Shown here in pieces: positions 46,619 to 57,108 of a stretch of DNA of 64,000 bases. Positions within the stretch are counted from its first letter, which is position 1. The number at the start of each line of letters is the position of its first letter. The notes under the pieces are model-generated. The model was not told where the DNA came from. It saw only the letters and a list, made by a program, of their open reading frames with translations, and searched no databases. Source of the DNA: Acutalibacteraceae bacterium (GTDB lineage Bacteria; Bacillota; Clostridia; Oscillospirales; Acutalibacteraceae); assembly GCA_045537485.1 (NCBI GenBank), contig JAZSPQ010000005.1:45810-109809 (forward strand). Reading direction: 5' to 3'. The translations under genes were made by a program, and so were the position numbers.

Positions 46619-46632
46619 TGTAAATATTTACA
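46619..46632. promoter_or_regulatory. perfect 14-bp palindrome TGTAAATATTTACA, candidate operator
   Basis: Self-complementary as read. Its centre lies 54 bp from the centre of the 16-bp palindrome. Confidence 0.35.
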
Positions 46633-46645
46633 CTCTTTTAATTTT

Positions 46646-49477
46646 TTATTTAAGGACATTTTTTAAATACTGTCCGGTGTAGGACTTAGCGTTGACAGCT
46701 ATCTCTTCGGGAGTTCCGCAGGCTACGATTTCACCCCCGCCGTCGCCGCCTTCGGGTCCCAAGTCGATAATATAATCTGCACACTTGATTACATCAAGAT
46801 TATGCTCAATTACAACAACACTGTTACCGCTGTCAACCAAAGTTTGAAGCACATTTATCAGTCTGTGAACATCTGCGGTGTGTAGTCCCGTTGTGGGCTC
46901 ATCGAGGATATATATGGTCTTACCCGTTGCAGTCTTTGAAAGCTCTGTCGAAAGCTTAACACGCTGTGCTTCACCGCCGGAAAGAGTAGTTGCAGGCTGA
47001 CCTATTTTAACATAGCCGAGGCCGACATCATAAAGAGTTTTCAGCTTTTTATAAATTTTAGGATGATTTTCGAAGAACAGCATACCTTCTTCAATGGTCA
47101 TTTCAAGAACATCGTGTATGGTCTTTCCTTTGAATTTTACCGACAAGGTTTCGCTGTTGTAACGCTTGCCCTTACACACATCGCAAGGTACATAAATATC
47201 GGCAAGAAAATGCATTTCAATTTTAACAATACCGTCACCCTGACATGCTTCGCAGCGACCGCCTTTGACATTGAATGAAAATCTGCTTGCGGTGTATCCT
47301 TTTGCCTTTGAATCGGTTGTGTTTGCAAAAAGCTCTCTGATATCGTTGAATACCCCCGTATAGGTTGCAGGGTTTGATCTCGGCGTTCTGCCGATTGGCG
47401 ATTGATCAATATCAATCACCTTGTCAAGATGCTCAGTACCGGACATTTTTCTGAAGCTTCCCGGTATTTTTTTTGCACCATTCAGCTCATTGGAAAGATG
47501 TTTATACAATATTTCATTGACAAGAGATGATTTGCCTGAGCCTGAAACACCCGTTACACAAACAAGCTTTCCGAGCGGGATTTCAACATTTATGTCTTTC
47601 AGATTATTCTGAACTGCGTTGAATATTTTAAGGCTTTTGCCGTTGCCTTCACGGCGTTTTTCAGGTATGGGGATAACCTTTCTGCCGCTTAAATACTGAC
47701 CTGTAACAGACTTTTCACATTTCATTATATCCTCAACGGTGCCCTGACAAACAATTTTACCGCCGTGAATACCTGCACCCGGACCGACGTCTACGATATG
47801 GTCAGCTTCAAACATAGTGTCTTCGTCGTGCTCAACAACTATAAGCGTGTTGCCTATATCTCTCAGATGCTTAAGAGTTGAAATGAGCTTGCTGTTATCA
47901 CGCTGATGAAGACCTATGCTCGGCTCATCAAGAATGTAAAGAACACCGACAAGGGATGAGCCGATCTGCGTAGCAAGGCGTATTCTCTGACTTTCACCTC
48001 CCGAAAGTGAGCCTGACTGTCTTGTCAGAGTGAGATAATTAAGTCCGACACTTTCGAGGAATGACAGTCTTTCAACTATTTCCCTAATTATAAGGTTTGC
48101 TATCATTTTTTCTCTGTCTGTGAGGACTTTTTCTGTTTGTCTTACAAATTCAAGACAATCACTTATTGAAAGCGAGCATGCCTCATGAATATTCTTGTCG
48201 TTAACTGTGACACTGAGAGCTTCTTTGCTGAGTCTTGCACCGCCACATTCCTTGCAGTCGTTTGTTGACATCATAGTTTCAATTTCCCGGCGCATTAACT
48301 CTGATGTGGATTCATTGTATCTTCTCTGAAGGTTGTTTATAATACCCTCAAAGGCGGCAAAATAAGTGCCTGAGCCATAGGAAGTTGTTCGCTCCATTTT
48401 GAGTTTTTCACCGTTAGTGCCGTAAAGAAGAGCATTATATGCTTCTAAGGAAAAATCCTCAATAGGTGTATCAAAATCGAAACCGTATTTTTTGCCGAGT
48501 GCATCGTAATACATACCGCCGATGCTCGTGTTATCTCTGCCCGACCATCCGCTGGCTTTAATTGCACCCTGACTTATTGACAGCTTTCTGTCGGGAATTA
48601 CCATAGAGGGTGAGATTTCCATAAACACGCCGAGACCCGAGCACTTTTTGCAGGAGCCAAAGGGACTGTTAAAAGAAAACATACGAGGGGTAATTTCGCC
48701 GAAGCTTACACCGTGGTCGGGACAGGCATAATTTAGTGAAAAGGTTAATTCTTCACTGCCTATAACATCAACAACTAAAATGCCGTCTGCAAGCTTTGTA
48801 GCTGTTTCAATAGAATCGGTAAGTCGAGATTTAATGCCCTCTTTTATAACAAGTCTGTCAACAACAATTTCTATATTATGCTTTTTATTCTTTTCCAAAC
48901 TGATTTTTTCGGATAAATCATAAACTATGGAATCTATACGTGCTCTTACAAATCCTGACTTGCGAGCTGATTCAAGCTCTTTAATATATTCTCCCTTGCG
49001 CCCTCTGACAATAGGAGCAAGAAGTTGAATTTTTGTACCTTCATCAAGAGTCAAAAGCTTCTCTACGATCTGATCCACGGTTTGCTGCTTAATCTCTTTT
49101 CCGCAAACAGTGCAGTGAGGTATGCCGATTCTGGCATACAGCAAGCGAAAATAATCGTAAATTTCCGTAATTGTACCTACTGTTGAACGAGGATTTTTTG
49201 ATGTTGTTTTCTGATCGATGGAAATTGCAGGTGATAAACCGTCGATATAGTCAACATCAGGCTTCTCCATCTGACCGAGGAACTGTCTTGCGTAAGACGA
49301 AAGTGACTCAACATACCTTCTTTGTCCCTCTGCATAAATAGTATCGAAAGCAAGTGATGACTTACCCGAGCCTGAAAGCCCGGTAAAAACAATGAGCTTA
49401 TCCCTGGGTACGGTAAGGTCTATATTTTTAAGATTGTGTTCTCTTGCACCTTTTATTGTAATATATTTTTGTGACAT
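46646..49477 (-). CDS. uvrA: excinuclease ABC subunit A
   Basis: Two ABC modules (GLSGSGKSS and GVSGSGKSS), zinc-finger Cys pairs, and LSGGE signatures. Confidence 0.95.
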   Translation of the reverse strand: MSQKYITIKGAREHNLKNIDLTVPRDKLIVFTGLSGSGKSSLAFDTIYAEGQRRYVESLSSYARQFLGQMEKPDVDYIDGLSPAISIDQKTTSKNPRSTVGTITEIYDYFRLLYARIGIPHCTVCGKEIKQQTVDQIVEKLLTLDEGTKIQLLAPIVRGRKGEYIKELESARKSGFVRARIDSIVYDLSEKISLEKNKKHNIEIVVDRLVIKEGIKSRLTDSIETATKLADGILVVDVIGSEELTFSLNYACPDHGVSFGEITPRMFSFNSPFGSCKKCSGLGVFMEISPSMVIPDRKLSISQGAIKASGWSGRDNTSIGGMYYDALGKKYGFDFDTPIEDFSLEAYNALLYGTNGEKLKMERTTSYGSGTYFAAFEGIINNLQRRYNESTSELMRREIETMMSTNDCKECGGARLSKEALSVTVNDKNIHEACSLSISDCLEFVRQTEKVLTDREKMIANLIIREIVERLSFLESVGLNYLTLTRQSGSLSGGESQRIRLATQIGSSLVGVLYILDEPSIGLHQRDNSKLISTLKHLRDIGNTLIVVEHDEDTMFEADHIVDVGPGAGIHGGKIVCQGTVEDIMKCEKSVTGQYLSGRKVIPIPEKRREGNGKSLKIFNAVQNNLKDINVEIPLGKLVCVTGVSGSGKSSLVNEILYKHLSNELNGAKKIPGSFRKMSGTEHLDKVIDIDQSPIGRTPRSNPATYTGVFNDIRELFANTTDSKAKGYTASRFSFNVKGGRCEACQGDGIVKIEMHFLADIYVPCDVCKGKRYNSETLSVKFKGKTIHDVLEMTIEEGMLFFENHPKIYKKLKTLYDVGLGYVKIGQPATTLSGGEAQRVKLSTELSKTATGKTIYILDEPTTGLHTADVHRLINVLQTLVDSGNSVVVIEHNLDVIKCADYIIDLGPEGGDGGGEIVACGTPEEIAVNAKSYTGQYLKNVLK

Positions 49478-49493
49478 ATTGCACCTTTCTTTA

Positions 49494-51455
49494 TCACATC
49501 ATTGATTTAAGTTTTTCTATTTTATCGCGCAGGTATGCAGCGTGCTCAAATTCAAGTATCTTAGCCGCATCACGCATTTCTGCGGTAAGCTGTCTGATAA
49601 CCTTTTCTTTATCGAATCTTGACAGACGCTTGAATGCTTTATCCGTATCAACATTTTTCGTTGAGATTTCAAGCACATCACGGACCTCTTTTTTGATAGT
49701 TTTAGGCACTATTCCGTGTTTTTTGTTATATTCGTGCTGTATATTACGTCTTCTGTTGGTTTCGGTTATAGCGTACTCCATAGACGGCGTAACACAGTCA
49801 GCATACATAATTACTTCACCGTTTGCATTTCTAGCAGCTCTTCCTATTGTCTGAACAAGGGAGGTTTCGGAGCGTAAGAAGCCTTCTTTATCCGCATCAA
49901 GAATTGCAACAAGTGATACCTCGGGAATATCAAGACCTTCACGCAGAAGATTGATACCAACGAGCACATCAAATTCACCAAGACGAAGATCGCGGATTAT
50001 TTCCATTCGTTCCATAGTATCAACATCATAATGCATATAGCGCACCTTTATGCCGAGGTTGTCAAGGTAATCAGTAAGAGACTCCGCCATTTTTTTGGTG
50101 AGAGTTGTAATCAGGACTCGCTCCCCTCTTTCGGTTCTGATGTTAATTTCACTGACAATATCGTCAATTTGTCCGTCTGTGGGTTTAACGGTTATAACAG
50201 GATCAAGCAAACCTGTCGGTCTTATAATCTGCTCAACAATCTGTTCGCTTTTTTGTTTTTCAAATGCCGCAGGTGTAGCACTTACAAAGATTTTTTGCCC
50301 AACTCTATCGTAAAACTCGTCAAACTTCAACGGTCTGTTGTCATAAGCTGAAGGTAATCTGAAGCCGAACTCAATAAGACTTTCCTTTCTTGATCTGTCA
50401 CCGCCATACATTGCTCTGAGCTGAGGCAACATAACATGGGATTCATCGACAAACAGCAGAAAATCATCGGGGAAATAATTGAGAAGCGTAAAGGGAGCCT
50501 CACCTGCAGGTCGTCCTGACATAACCCGTGAATAGTTTTCTATTCCCTTGCAAAAGCCTGTTTCTTTGAGCATTTCGAGATCATAGAGAGTTCTTTGTTT
50601 TATTCTCTCAGCTTCGAGAAGCTTACCTTGTTTGGTAAACTCTATAACTCTTTCTTCCATTTCTTCTTTGATACTCACAAGTGCTGTTTCAAGCTTATCG
50701 GGGGCAATAACATAGTGGGATGCGGGATAAATCGCAACATGACTGAGTATATTTTTGATCTCACCCGTCAGAGGATTGATTTCACATATTCTGTCGATCT
50801 CATCACCGAAAAATTCAACTCTTATTGCGGTATCGCTCGTATACACGGGGTAAATTTCAACAACATCTCCCCTGACTCTGAATTTGTTTCTAACAAAGTT
50901 AACATCGTTTCGGTCATACTGAATTTCAACTAGCTTTTTGATAAGCTCGTCTCTGTTCTTTTCCATTCCCGTTCGCAGAGAAATAACCATATTACGGTAG
51001 TCAATAGGATTGCCGAGGGTGTAAATACAGGATACACTTGCAACGATTATTACATCACGTCTTTCTGAAAGAGCCGATGTTGCTGAATGACGCAGTTTAT
51101 CGATTTCATCGTTTATTGCTGAATCCTTTTCAATGTAAGTATCAGTTGTGGGTATATAGGCTTCAGGCTGATAGTAATCATAATAACTGACAAAGTACTC
51201 GACAGCATTCTCCGGGAAAAATTCCTTGAATTCGCTGCAAAGCTGCCCTGCGAGAGTTTTGTTATGAGCTAAAACGAGAGTAGGTCTGTTAAGCTCGGCA
51301 ATTATGTTTGCCATTGTAAAGGTTTTACCTGAACCCGTTACACCCATAAGCGTCTGCTCTTTATAGCCTTTTTTAACACCTTCCACTAATTTGTTGATAG
51401 CCTCAGGCTGGTCACCCGTAGGTTTAAAGGGTGATACAAGCTTAAATTTTTCCAC
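49494..51455 (-). CDS. uvrB: excinuclease ABC subunit B
   Basis: Motifs [14 protein letters not shown] and GVTGSGKT, a DESH box, and a C-terminal UVR domain. GTG 51455 lies 6 nt after AAGGAGGG. The longer track ORF would overlap radC. Confidence 0.95.
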   Translation of the reverse strand: MEKFKLVSPFKPTGDQPEAINKLVEGVKKGYKEQTLMGVTGSGKTFTMANIIAELNRPTLVLAHNKTLAGQLCSEFKEFFPENAVEYFVSYYDYYQPEAYIPTTDTYIEKDSAINDEIDKLRHSATSALSERRDVIIVASVSCIYTLGNPIDYRNMVISLRTGMEKNRDELIKKLVEIQYDRNDVNFVRNKFRVRGDVVEIYPVYTSDTAIRVEFFGDEIDRICEINPLTGEIKNILSHVAIYPASHYVIAPDKLETALVSIKEEMEERVIEFTKQGKLLEAERIKQRTLYDLEMLKETGFCKGIENYSRVMSGRPAGEAPFTLLNYFPDDFLLFVDESHVMLPQLRAMYGGDRSRKESLIEFGFRLPSAYDNRPLKFDEFYDRVGQKIFVSATPAAFEKQKSEQIVEQIIRPTGLLDPVITVKPTDGQIDDIVSEINIRTERGERVLITTLTKKMAESLTDYLDNLGIKVRYMHYDVDTMERMEIIRDLRLGEFDVLVGINLLREGLDIPEVSLVAILDADKEGFLRSETSLVQTIGRAARNANGEVIMYADCVTPSMEYAITETNRRRNIQHEYNKKHGIVPKTIKKEVRDVLEISTKNVDTDKAFKRLSRFDKEKVIRQLTAEMRDAAKILEFEHAAYLRDKIEKLKSMM

Positions 51456-51498
51456 GGGTATGCCCTCCTTTTGCGTCTTCCAAAATAGTATAACATAA

Positions 51499-51527
51499 AT
51501 ATTAAGGATTTTAAAGATATCGAACAA
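51499..51527 (-). promoter_or_regulatory. putative uvrBA promoter
   Basis: The minus strand reads TTGTTC, a 17-nt spacer, then TAATAT. Confidence 0.4.
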
Positions 51528-51534
51528 ATTTTCT
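51521..51534. promoter_or_regulatory. LexA (DinR) box-like site overlapping the -35
   Basis: CGAACAAATTTTCT, which on the minus strand reads aGAAAatttGTTCg. It matches the Firmicute CGAAC-N4-GTTCG consensus at 8 of the 10 specified positions. Confidence 0.4.
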
Positions 51535-51535
51535 T

Positions 51536-51577
51536 TTAAAAAACTGAAAACTCCGGCGGAATTTTTCTGCCGGAGTC
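51536..51577 (-). terminator. intrinsic terminator after radC
   Basis: On the minus strand, ACTCCGGC pairs with GCCGGAGT (51550-51557 with 51569-51576), followed by TTTCAGTTTTTT. Confidence 0.7.
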
Positions 51578-52435
51578 TCATTTGCTTTCTTTAGATTTTT
51601 TTAGTATTTGTTGGATTCTATCAATGTTTTCTTGCCTTTGTTTTTCTTCAAGAGCCTTATTGAGTCTTTCAATTTCATCGTCATAATCCTTTTCTAAAGG
51701 AGATTTCTCCATACCTGCAAATATGTATGCATACTGTAGAGTTTCTGCCATAGAAAGATATGAGTTGTCGTTGACTATTATGTGATCGAGAAGTCTTACT
51801 TTAAGAGTATTGACAAAACGGAAAATTTCTTTTGTTGTTTCAATATCATTTCTTGAAGGCGCTGTTATGCCGTGTGGATGATTATGAGCAAGAATTACTC
51901 CGCTAGCTTTGGTCTCAAGAAGTATTTCAGCAAGTTTTCTGAAATCAACCGAGCTTGAAACAATATCGCCATCGCCAATGATTCTGTAACCGAGCAGGCA
52001 TCTTCTGTGGTCAAAGCAAAGTGCAAATACTCTTTCATCGTTGGTATCAAGAAGCAAATTTCTTACATATTCAGCAAGCTTTGCAGTTGACTCGTAATAG
52101 GGATTTTTTGAATTTATATCGATGAAATAACGTTTATATAAAGGCAAAACCATACTTATTAGGCAGGCCGCGTTTTCAGTCATACCTTTAATTTTCACAA
52201 GCTCTGAGGGTTTAGCTTCAAGCACACCGGAAAAGCTGCCGAATCTGTCGATTAAAGCATGTGCAATCTCATTAGTATCTTTATAGGGAATGCCGAAAAA
52301 TAAAAGAAGCTCAAGAATATTATGGTCGGGCATGCCGTTGAATCCGCTGGCAAAATATCTGTTTTTAACCTTAGCTCTGTGGCCTTTATGCGGATTTTCC
52401 TTTTTAATACTGTCTTTATTTTTAGCTTCACTCAA
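51578..52435 (-). CDS. radC: RadC-family JAB-domain protein with a C-terminal coiled-coil extension
   Basis: Motifs [29 protein letters not shown] and HNHPHG. TTG 52435 lies 6 nt after GAGGTG. The upstream part of the track ORF overlaps pfkA. Confidence 0.8.
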   Translation of the reverse strand: MSEAKNKDSIKKENPHKGHRAKVKNRYFASGFNGMPDHNILELLLFFGIPYKDTNEIAHALIDRFGSFSGVLEAKPSELVKIKGMTENAACLISMVLPLYKRYFIDINSKNPYYESTAKLAEYVRNLLLDTNDERVFALCFDHRRCLLGYRIIGDGDIVSSSVDFRKLAEILLETKASGVILAHNHPHGITAPSRNDIETTKEIFRFVNTLKVRLLDHIIVNDNSYLSMAETLQYAYIFAGMEKSPLEKDYDDEIERLNKALEEKQRQENIDRIQQILKKSKESK

Positions 52436-52496
52436 TTTTATCACCTCAATAAAACAAGGGCTTGCATGGAACAAGCCCTCATTGTTTAGTCTTGAA

Positions 52497-53462
52497 TCAG
52501 ATAGAAATCTCAAGAGCCATTTTATACATATCAAGATCAACTGAATTTTTCATGTTGAGAGCTTCAAATATGTCAAAATCAAGGATGTTTTCTTTCTGCA
52601 TAGCAACAACTCTATTACCGATACCATCCTTAAGAAGCTGAACTGCACGGTAACCCATCTGACTTGCAACAATTCTGTCCTTTGATGTGGGTGAACCGCC
52701 TCTCTGAACATGACCGAGAATAGTAGCTCTCGCTTCAACACCGGTTTCAGCCTGAATTTTCTTAGCCATTTCTTCAACGCCGCCGATTGCCTCGGAAACG
52801 ATTATAACAAAGTGAACCTTATCGGTCTTTTGTGTTCTCTTCATTCTTTCTATAACATCACGTTCGAAGTCATAAGGAACTTCGGGGATAAGAATTGAAG
52901 TTGCACCGCAAGCGATACCTGAGGAAAGAGCAAGATAACCTGCACCTCTGCCCATAACTTCAACAACAGCACAACGGTCGTGTGATTCAGCGGTGTCTCT
53001 GATTCTGTCAACCATCTGCATAATGGTGTTCATTGAAGTATCATAACCGATTGTGTAATCACAGCATCCGATATCATTGTCAATAGTACCGGGAATAGCA
53101 ACACAGGGTATACCTCTGAGAGAAAGGTCTCTTGCGCCTCTGAAGGAGCCGTCGCCGCCGATAACAACGAGACCCTCAATACCTCTTTTTTTACAGGTCT
53201 CGATAGCAGCAGCCATACCCTCTTCGGTCTTGAAACGGGGGCTTCTTGCTGAATAAAGAATAGTACCGCCCCTGTTTATGATATCTGAAACAGAACGAAG
53301 ATGCATTTCATACATATCATCTTCCATAAGACCGTTATAGCCTCTTCTTATGCCGTAAACCTTCATTCCGAGTTCACAACCTGCACGGACAACAGCTCTG
53401 ATGGCTGCGTTCATTCCGGGTGCGTCGCCGCCGCTGGTGAGTACACCGATAGTTTTAATCAT
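52497..53462 (-). CDS. pfkA: ATP-dependent 6-phosphofructokinase
   Basis: Motifs GVLTSGGDAPGMNAA, GGDGS and PGTIDND. Confidence 0.95.
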   Translation of the reverse strand: MIKTIGVLTSGGDAPGMNAAIRAVVRAGCELGMKVYGIRRGYNGLMEDDMYEMHLRSVSDIINRGGTILYSARSPRFKTEEGMAAAIETCKKRGIEGLVVIGGDGSFRGARDLSLRGIPCVAIPGTIDNDIGCCDYTIGYDTSMNTIMQMVDRIRDTAESHDRCAVVEVMGRGAGYLALSSGIACGATSILIPEVPYDFERDVIERMKRTQKTDKVHFVIIVSEAIGGVEEMAKKIQAETGVEARATILGHVQRGGSPTSKDRIVASQMGYRAVQLLKDGIGNRVVAMQKENILDFDIFEALNMKNSVDLDMYKMALEISI

Positions 53463-53536
53463 TGTAACATCCTCCTATAGTTCACACATGGTTAATGCAA
53501 AATAAGCTTAACTTTTATGAATAACAATTATAGTTA

Positions 53537-53564
53537 ATTATACACATATACGGCAAAAAGTCAA
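53537..53564 (-). promoter_or_regulatory. sigma-A type promoter upstream of pfkA
   Basis: The minus strand reads TTGACT, a 16-nt spacer, then TATAAT. Confidence 0.55.
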
Positions 53565-53614
53565 CAATTACAAGGAAAATAAAAGACATTATGGTTAATT
53601 CTGCAAAGTGAGGT

Positions 53615-56600
53615 CTACTGTCTTACAACAACGTTATCCTCTCCGAGGATAAATCGCATTTCATCAAGCATCGGTTCATTAAGTGTAACATATCCCGAAG
53701 TCTTATATTCCTTTGTATCATTATAGTAACAATACACGGGGAAGGTGCCGTCGAATATATCAAGCAAAAGCCTGATTTTCTTTTCCTGATCACAGTCCTT
53801 GCTTTTAATACGAAGGAATAATCCGTTCCTCTGCTTCTTAACTTTTGGCTTTTCGCCTGCATTTTTATAAAGATTTGCAGGGTTGGGTTCAATAGCTTCG
53901 CAAACTATTGAGGGCACTCTGTCCTCACGCATACTCAGTCTGCCTCTGATCATAACAATGTTGCCGAGCTGAAGCATATTTGCTCTGTCGGCAAAGAGCT
54001 TTGAAAACACTATGCATTCAATTCCTGCAGTAAGATCCTCGATTTCAACAAAGCACATAGTTGAATTATTTTTTGTTGTCTTTTTTTCCAGTCTTGAGAT
54101 AATTCCGAAAATTTTTACATCAGAGTTATCTTTATACTTACTGCCGAAAGAGCTGTCACTTTCAAGAATGTCGATAATATTGTCGGCGTTAACCTTTTCT
54201 GAAAGCTCTTTATATTCATCCATCGGATGACCTGAAATATAGAGCCCTGTTATGTCTTTTTCAAGCTTTAGCAGCTCGTTATGCGGCATTTCATCAACGT
54301 CAGGCACAGCAATTTCATTCATTGATGAAAACTGTGAGTCTTCATCAAAAAATCCGATTTGTCCGATAACATTTTTATTTTTATCCTCGTCGATGGCAGA
54401 TATAATAGTGGGTAAAACACTAAGCATCTGTCGGCGGTTCATATCCATGCCGTCAAGTGCTCCGCATTTGATAAGACTTTCAACGGCTCTTCTGTTGAAC
54501 TCCTTACCATGCACCCTCTTGCAGAAGGAGTAAAAGCTTGTATATTTTCCCAGCTGTTCTCTGTTCTGAATAATGGTTCTTATAAAGCCTCTGCCTAAAT
54601 TCTTAATTGCAAGCAAACCGAAACGAATAGCTCCGTTTTTAACAGTAAAACCCTCAAAGCTGCTGTTAACCGATGGAGCGAGGACTTTTATACCGAGCCT
54701 TGTACATTCGGCAATATAATTAGAAACCTTGGTTGAAGATTCAAGCACACTCGTAAGTGTGGCAGCAAGAAGCTCGCAAGGATAATGTGCCTTAAGGTAG
54801 GCGGTCTGATAGGAAACATAAGCATAAGCAGCAGCGTGAGACTTATTAAATGCATACTTTGCAAAGTTAGACATTTCATCAAAAATTGCATTTGCGGCAT
54901 CGACGCTTACGCCATTTTTCACCGCTCCGCAGCAAACATCGTCTCCTTCGAGACCGTAAATGAAAATTTTACGCTCTTTTTCCATAACATCAAGCTTTTT
55001 CTTGCTCATGGCACGGCGTACAAGATCAGCTCTTCCGTAAGAATAACCGGCGAGCTTGCGGCAAATTTCCATAACCTGTTCCTGATATACCATGCAACCA
55101 TAGGTAACATCGAGAATATCACGTAAAAGCTCGGATTTATAAGTAGTATCCTGAGGATTGTGTCTGTTGTGAATGTATGTGTCGATAGAATCCGCAGGAC
55201 CCGGACGGTAAAGTGAAATAACAGCAATCAGATCTTCCAGTGAACGAGGTTTAAGCCTTGTAAGAACGCTTCGCATACCGGCTGATTCATATTGAAACAC
55301 TCCGTCCGTTCTTCCTTGTGATAGCATTTCAAAGGTGTTTTTGTCTTTCAGGTCAATTTTATCAATATCAAAATCAGGATGGCTTTTCTTTATCATCTTA
55401 ACTGCATCGTCAATTACGGTCAGTGTCCTGAGTCCGAGAAAGTCCATTTTAAGCAAACCGAGCTGTTCAAGAGTAACCATTGTGAACTGTGTCACGACAC
55501 TCTCGTCATTAACTGCCAAGGGTACATATGAGGACACAGGATCTCTTGTTATTACAACGCCCGCCGCATGGGTAGACGCGTGTCTCGGCATACCCTCTAC
55601 CTGACGTGCAAGGTCTATCAGCCGTTTGACATCACTGTTTGTCTGATACAGTCTGTTAAGCTCGGGCGTTTTAAGTGCTTTATCAATAGTGATTTTCAGT
55701 TCGTTTGGTATAAGCTTTGCAACCTCATCAACAGTGGCATAAGGCATACCTAAAACTCTTCCCACATCTCTTATAGCGCCTCTGGCCGCCATCGTACCAA
55801 AAGTAACTATCTGTGCAACATGGTCAGCACCGTATTTAGAGACAACATAGTCGATAACCTCCTGTCGGCGCACATAGCAAAAGTCAATATCAAAGTCAGG
55901 CATACTGACTCTTTCAGGATTCAGAAATCGCTCAAAAAGAAGATTAAATTCAATAGGATCAATGCCGGTTATTCCAATGCAGTATGCCGCAAGTGAACCA
56001 GCGCCTGAGCCTCTTCCCGGGCCAACAGGGATTTTTGCGTTCTTGGCGTACCTGATAAAATCATGAACAATGAGGAAATAATCAACATAGCCCATTCTGT
56101 TGATAACATCAAGCTCATAATTGAGCCTGTCGATATATTCCTCAGGCGGATTATCTCCTTTCAGCTTGCAAAGACCGTAGAAACACTGATTTTTAAAGTA
56201 CTCAAAGTGATCCATATTATTAGGCACTTCAAAATGAGGAAGCTTCGTGTTGCCGAATTCAAATTCAACATTACATTTTTCAGCTATCTTTTCAGTGTTA
56301 TAAACCGCCTCAGGAATTTGAGAAAATGCTTCGAGCATCTCTTCTTCACTCTTAACATAAAACTCTTCAGTGCTGAACTCAAGACCGGTCGCCTCGCCTA
56401 AAACATGGTTCGTCTGAATGCATATAAGAATCTGCTGAAGTGAGGCATCTTCTTTTTTCAGATAATGAGCATCATTTGTCGCAACAAGAGGTATACCCGT
56501 TTCTCTTGAAAGACGGATAAGATCCGGAATTATCTCCATTTGTTCACGAAGACCGTGATTCTGGATTTCAAGATAATAATTACCTTCTCCAAAAAGATTA

Positions 56601-57085
56601 AGATAAAACAGAGCGACCTGCTTAGCCGCATCATAGTCTCCTCTCATAAGTGCCTGAGGAATTTCACCGGCAAGACAGCCTGAAAGTGCAATAAGACCTT
56701 CGTGGTGCTTTTCAAGAAGCTCACGGTCTATTCTCGGTTTGGTATAGAATCCCTCAGTCCACGCCTTGCTGACCATGGCAATAAGATTCTGATAACCGAT
56801 GTTGTTTTTGCAAAGAAGCACGAGATGATAACGCTGATTATCAAGGCCGTGAACCTTATCGTGGCGAGTTCTCTGAGCAACGTAGCATTCACAGCCGATA
56901 ATAGGCTTAACACCCTTTTCCTTTGCAGCCTTGTAAAAATCTACAACACCGTACATAACTCCGTGATCTGTTATCGCAACACTGGTTTGTCCCAGTTCCT
57001 TAACTCTGTCCATAAGACTGTTTATTCGGCAGGCACCGTCAAGCAAGCTGTACTCAGTATGAAGATGCAGGTGTGTGAAGGACAT
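53615..57085 (-). CDS. dnaE: DNA polymerase III alpha subunit (DnaE type)
   Basis: PHP start FTHLHLHTEYSLLDG, 1156 aa, and catalytic region MPDFDIDF. Confidence 0.95.
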   Translation of the reverse strand: MSFTHLHLHTEYSLLDGACRINSLMDRVKELGQTSVAITDHGVMYGVVDFYKAAKEKGVKPIIGCECYVAQRTRHDKVHGLDNQRYHLVLLCKNNIGYQNLIAMVSKAWTEGFYTKPRIDRELLEKHHEGLIALSGCLAGEIPQALMRGDYDAAKQVALFYLNLFGEGNYYLEIQNHGLREQMEIIPDLIRLSRETGIPLVATNDAHYLKKEDASLQQILICIQTNHVLGEATGLEFSTEEFYVKSEEEMLEAFSQIPEAVYNTEKIAEKCNVEFEFGNTKLPHFEVPNNMDHFEYFKNQCFYGLCKLKGDNPPEEYIDRLNYELDVINRMGYVDYFLIVHDFIRYAKNAKIPVGPGRGSGAGSLAAYCIGITGIDPIEFNLLFERFLNPERVSMPDFDIDFCYVRRQEVIDYVVSKYGADHVAQIVTFGTMAARGAIRDVGRVLGMPYATVDEVAKLIPNELKITIDKALKTPELNRLYQTNSDVKRLIDLARQVEGMPRHASTHAAGVVITRDPVSSYVPLAVNDESVVTQFTMVTLEQLGLLKMDFLGLRTLTVIDDAVKMIKKSHPDFDIDKIDLKDKNTFEMLSQGRTDGVFQYESAGMRSVLTRLKPRSLEDLIAVISLYRPGPADSIDTYIHNRHNPQDTTYKSELLRDILDVTYGCMVYQEQVMEICRKLAGYSYGRADLVRRAMSKKKLDVMEKERKIFIYGLEGDDVCCGAVKNGVSVDAANAIFDEMSNFAKYAFNKSHAAAYAYVSYQTAYLKAHYPCELLAATLTSVLESSTKVSNYIAECTRLGIKVLAPSVNSSFEGFTVKNGAIRFGLLAIKNLGRGFIRTIIQNREQLGKYTSFYSFCKRVHGKEFNRRAVESLIKCGALDGMDMNRRQMLSVLPTIISAIDEDKNKNVIGQIGFFDEDSQFSSMNEIAVPDVDEMPHNELLKLEKDITGLYISGHPMDEYKELSEKVNADNIIDILESDSSFGSKYKDNSDVKIFGIISRLEKKTTKNNSTMCFVEIEDLTAGIECIVFSKLFADRANMLQLGNIVMIRGRLSMREDRVPSIVCEAIEPNPANLYKNAGEKPKVKKQRNGLFLRIKSKDCDQEKKIRLLLDIFDGTFPVYCYYNDTKEYKTSGYVTLNEPMLDEMRFILGEDNVVVRQ

Positions 57086-57108
57086 ATCATCCCCTCCTTC
57101 TTTATGTG

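Noticed and set aside
51456-51581. N-terminal 42-codon extension of the uvrB ORF given in the track (start 51581).
   Set aside because: The extension would run through the radC terminator and overlap the radC stop. GTG 51455 has an AAGGAGGG SD 6 nt upstream and yields the canonical UvrB N-terminus ([15 protein letters not shown]).
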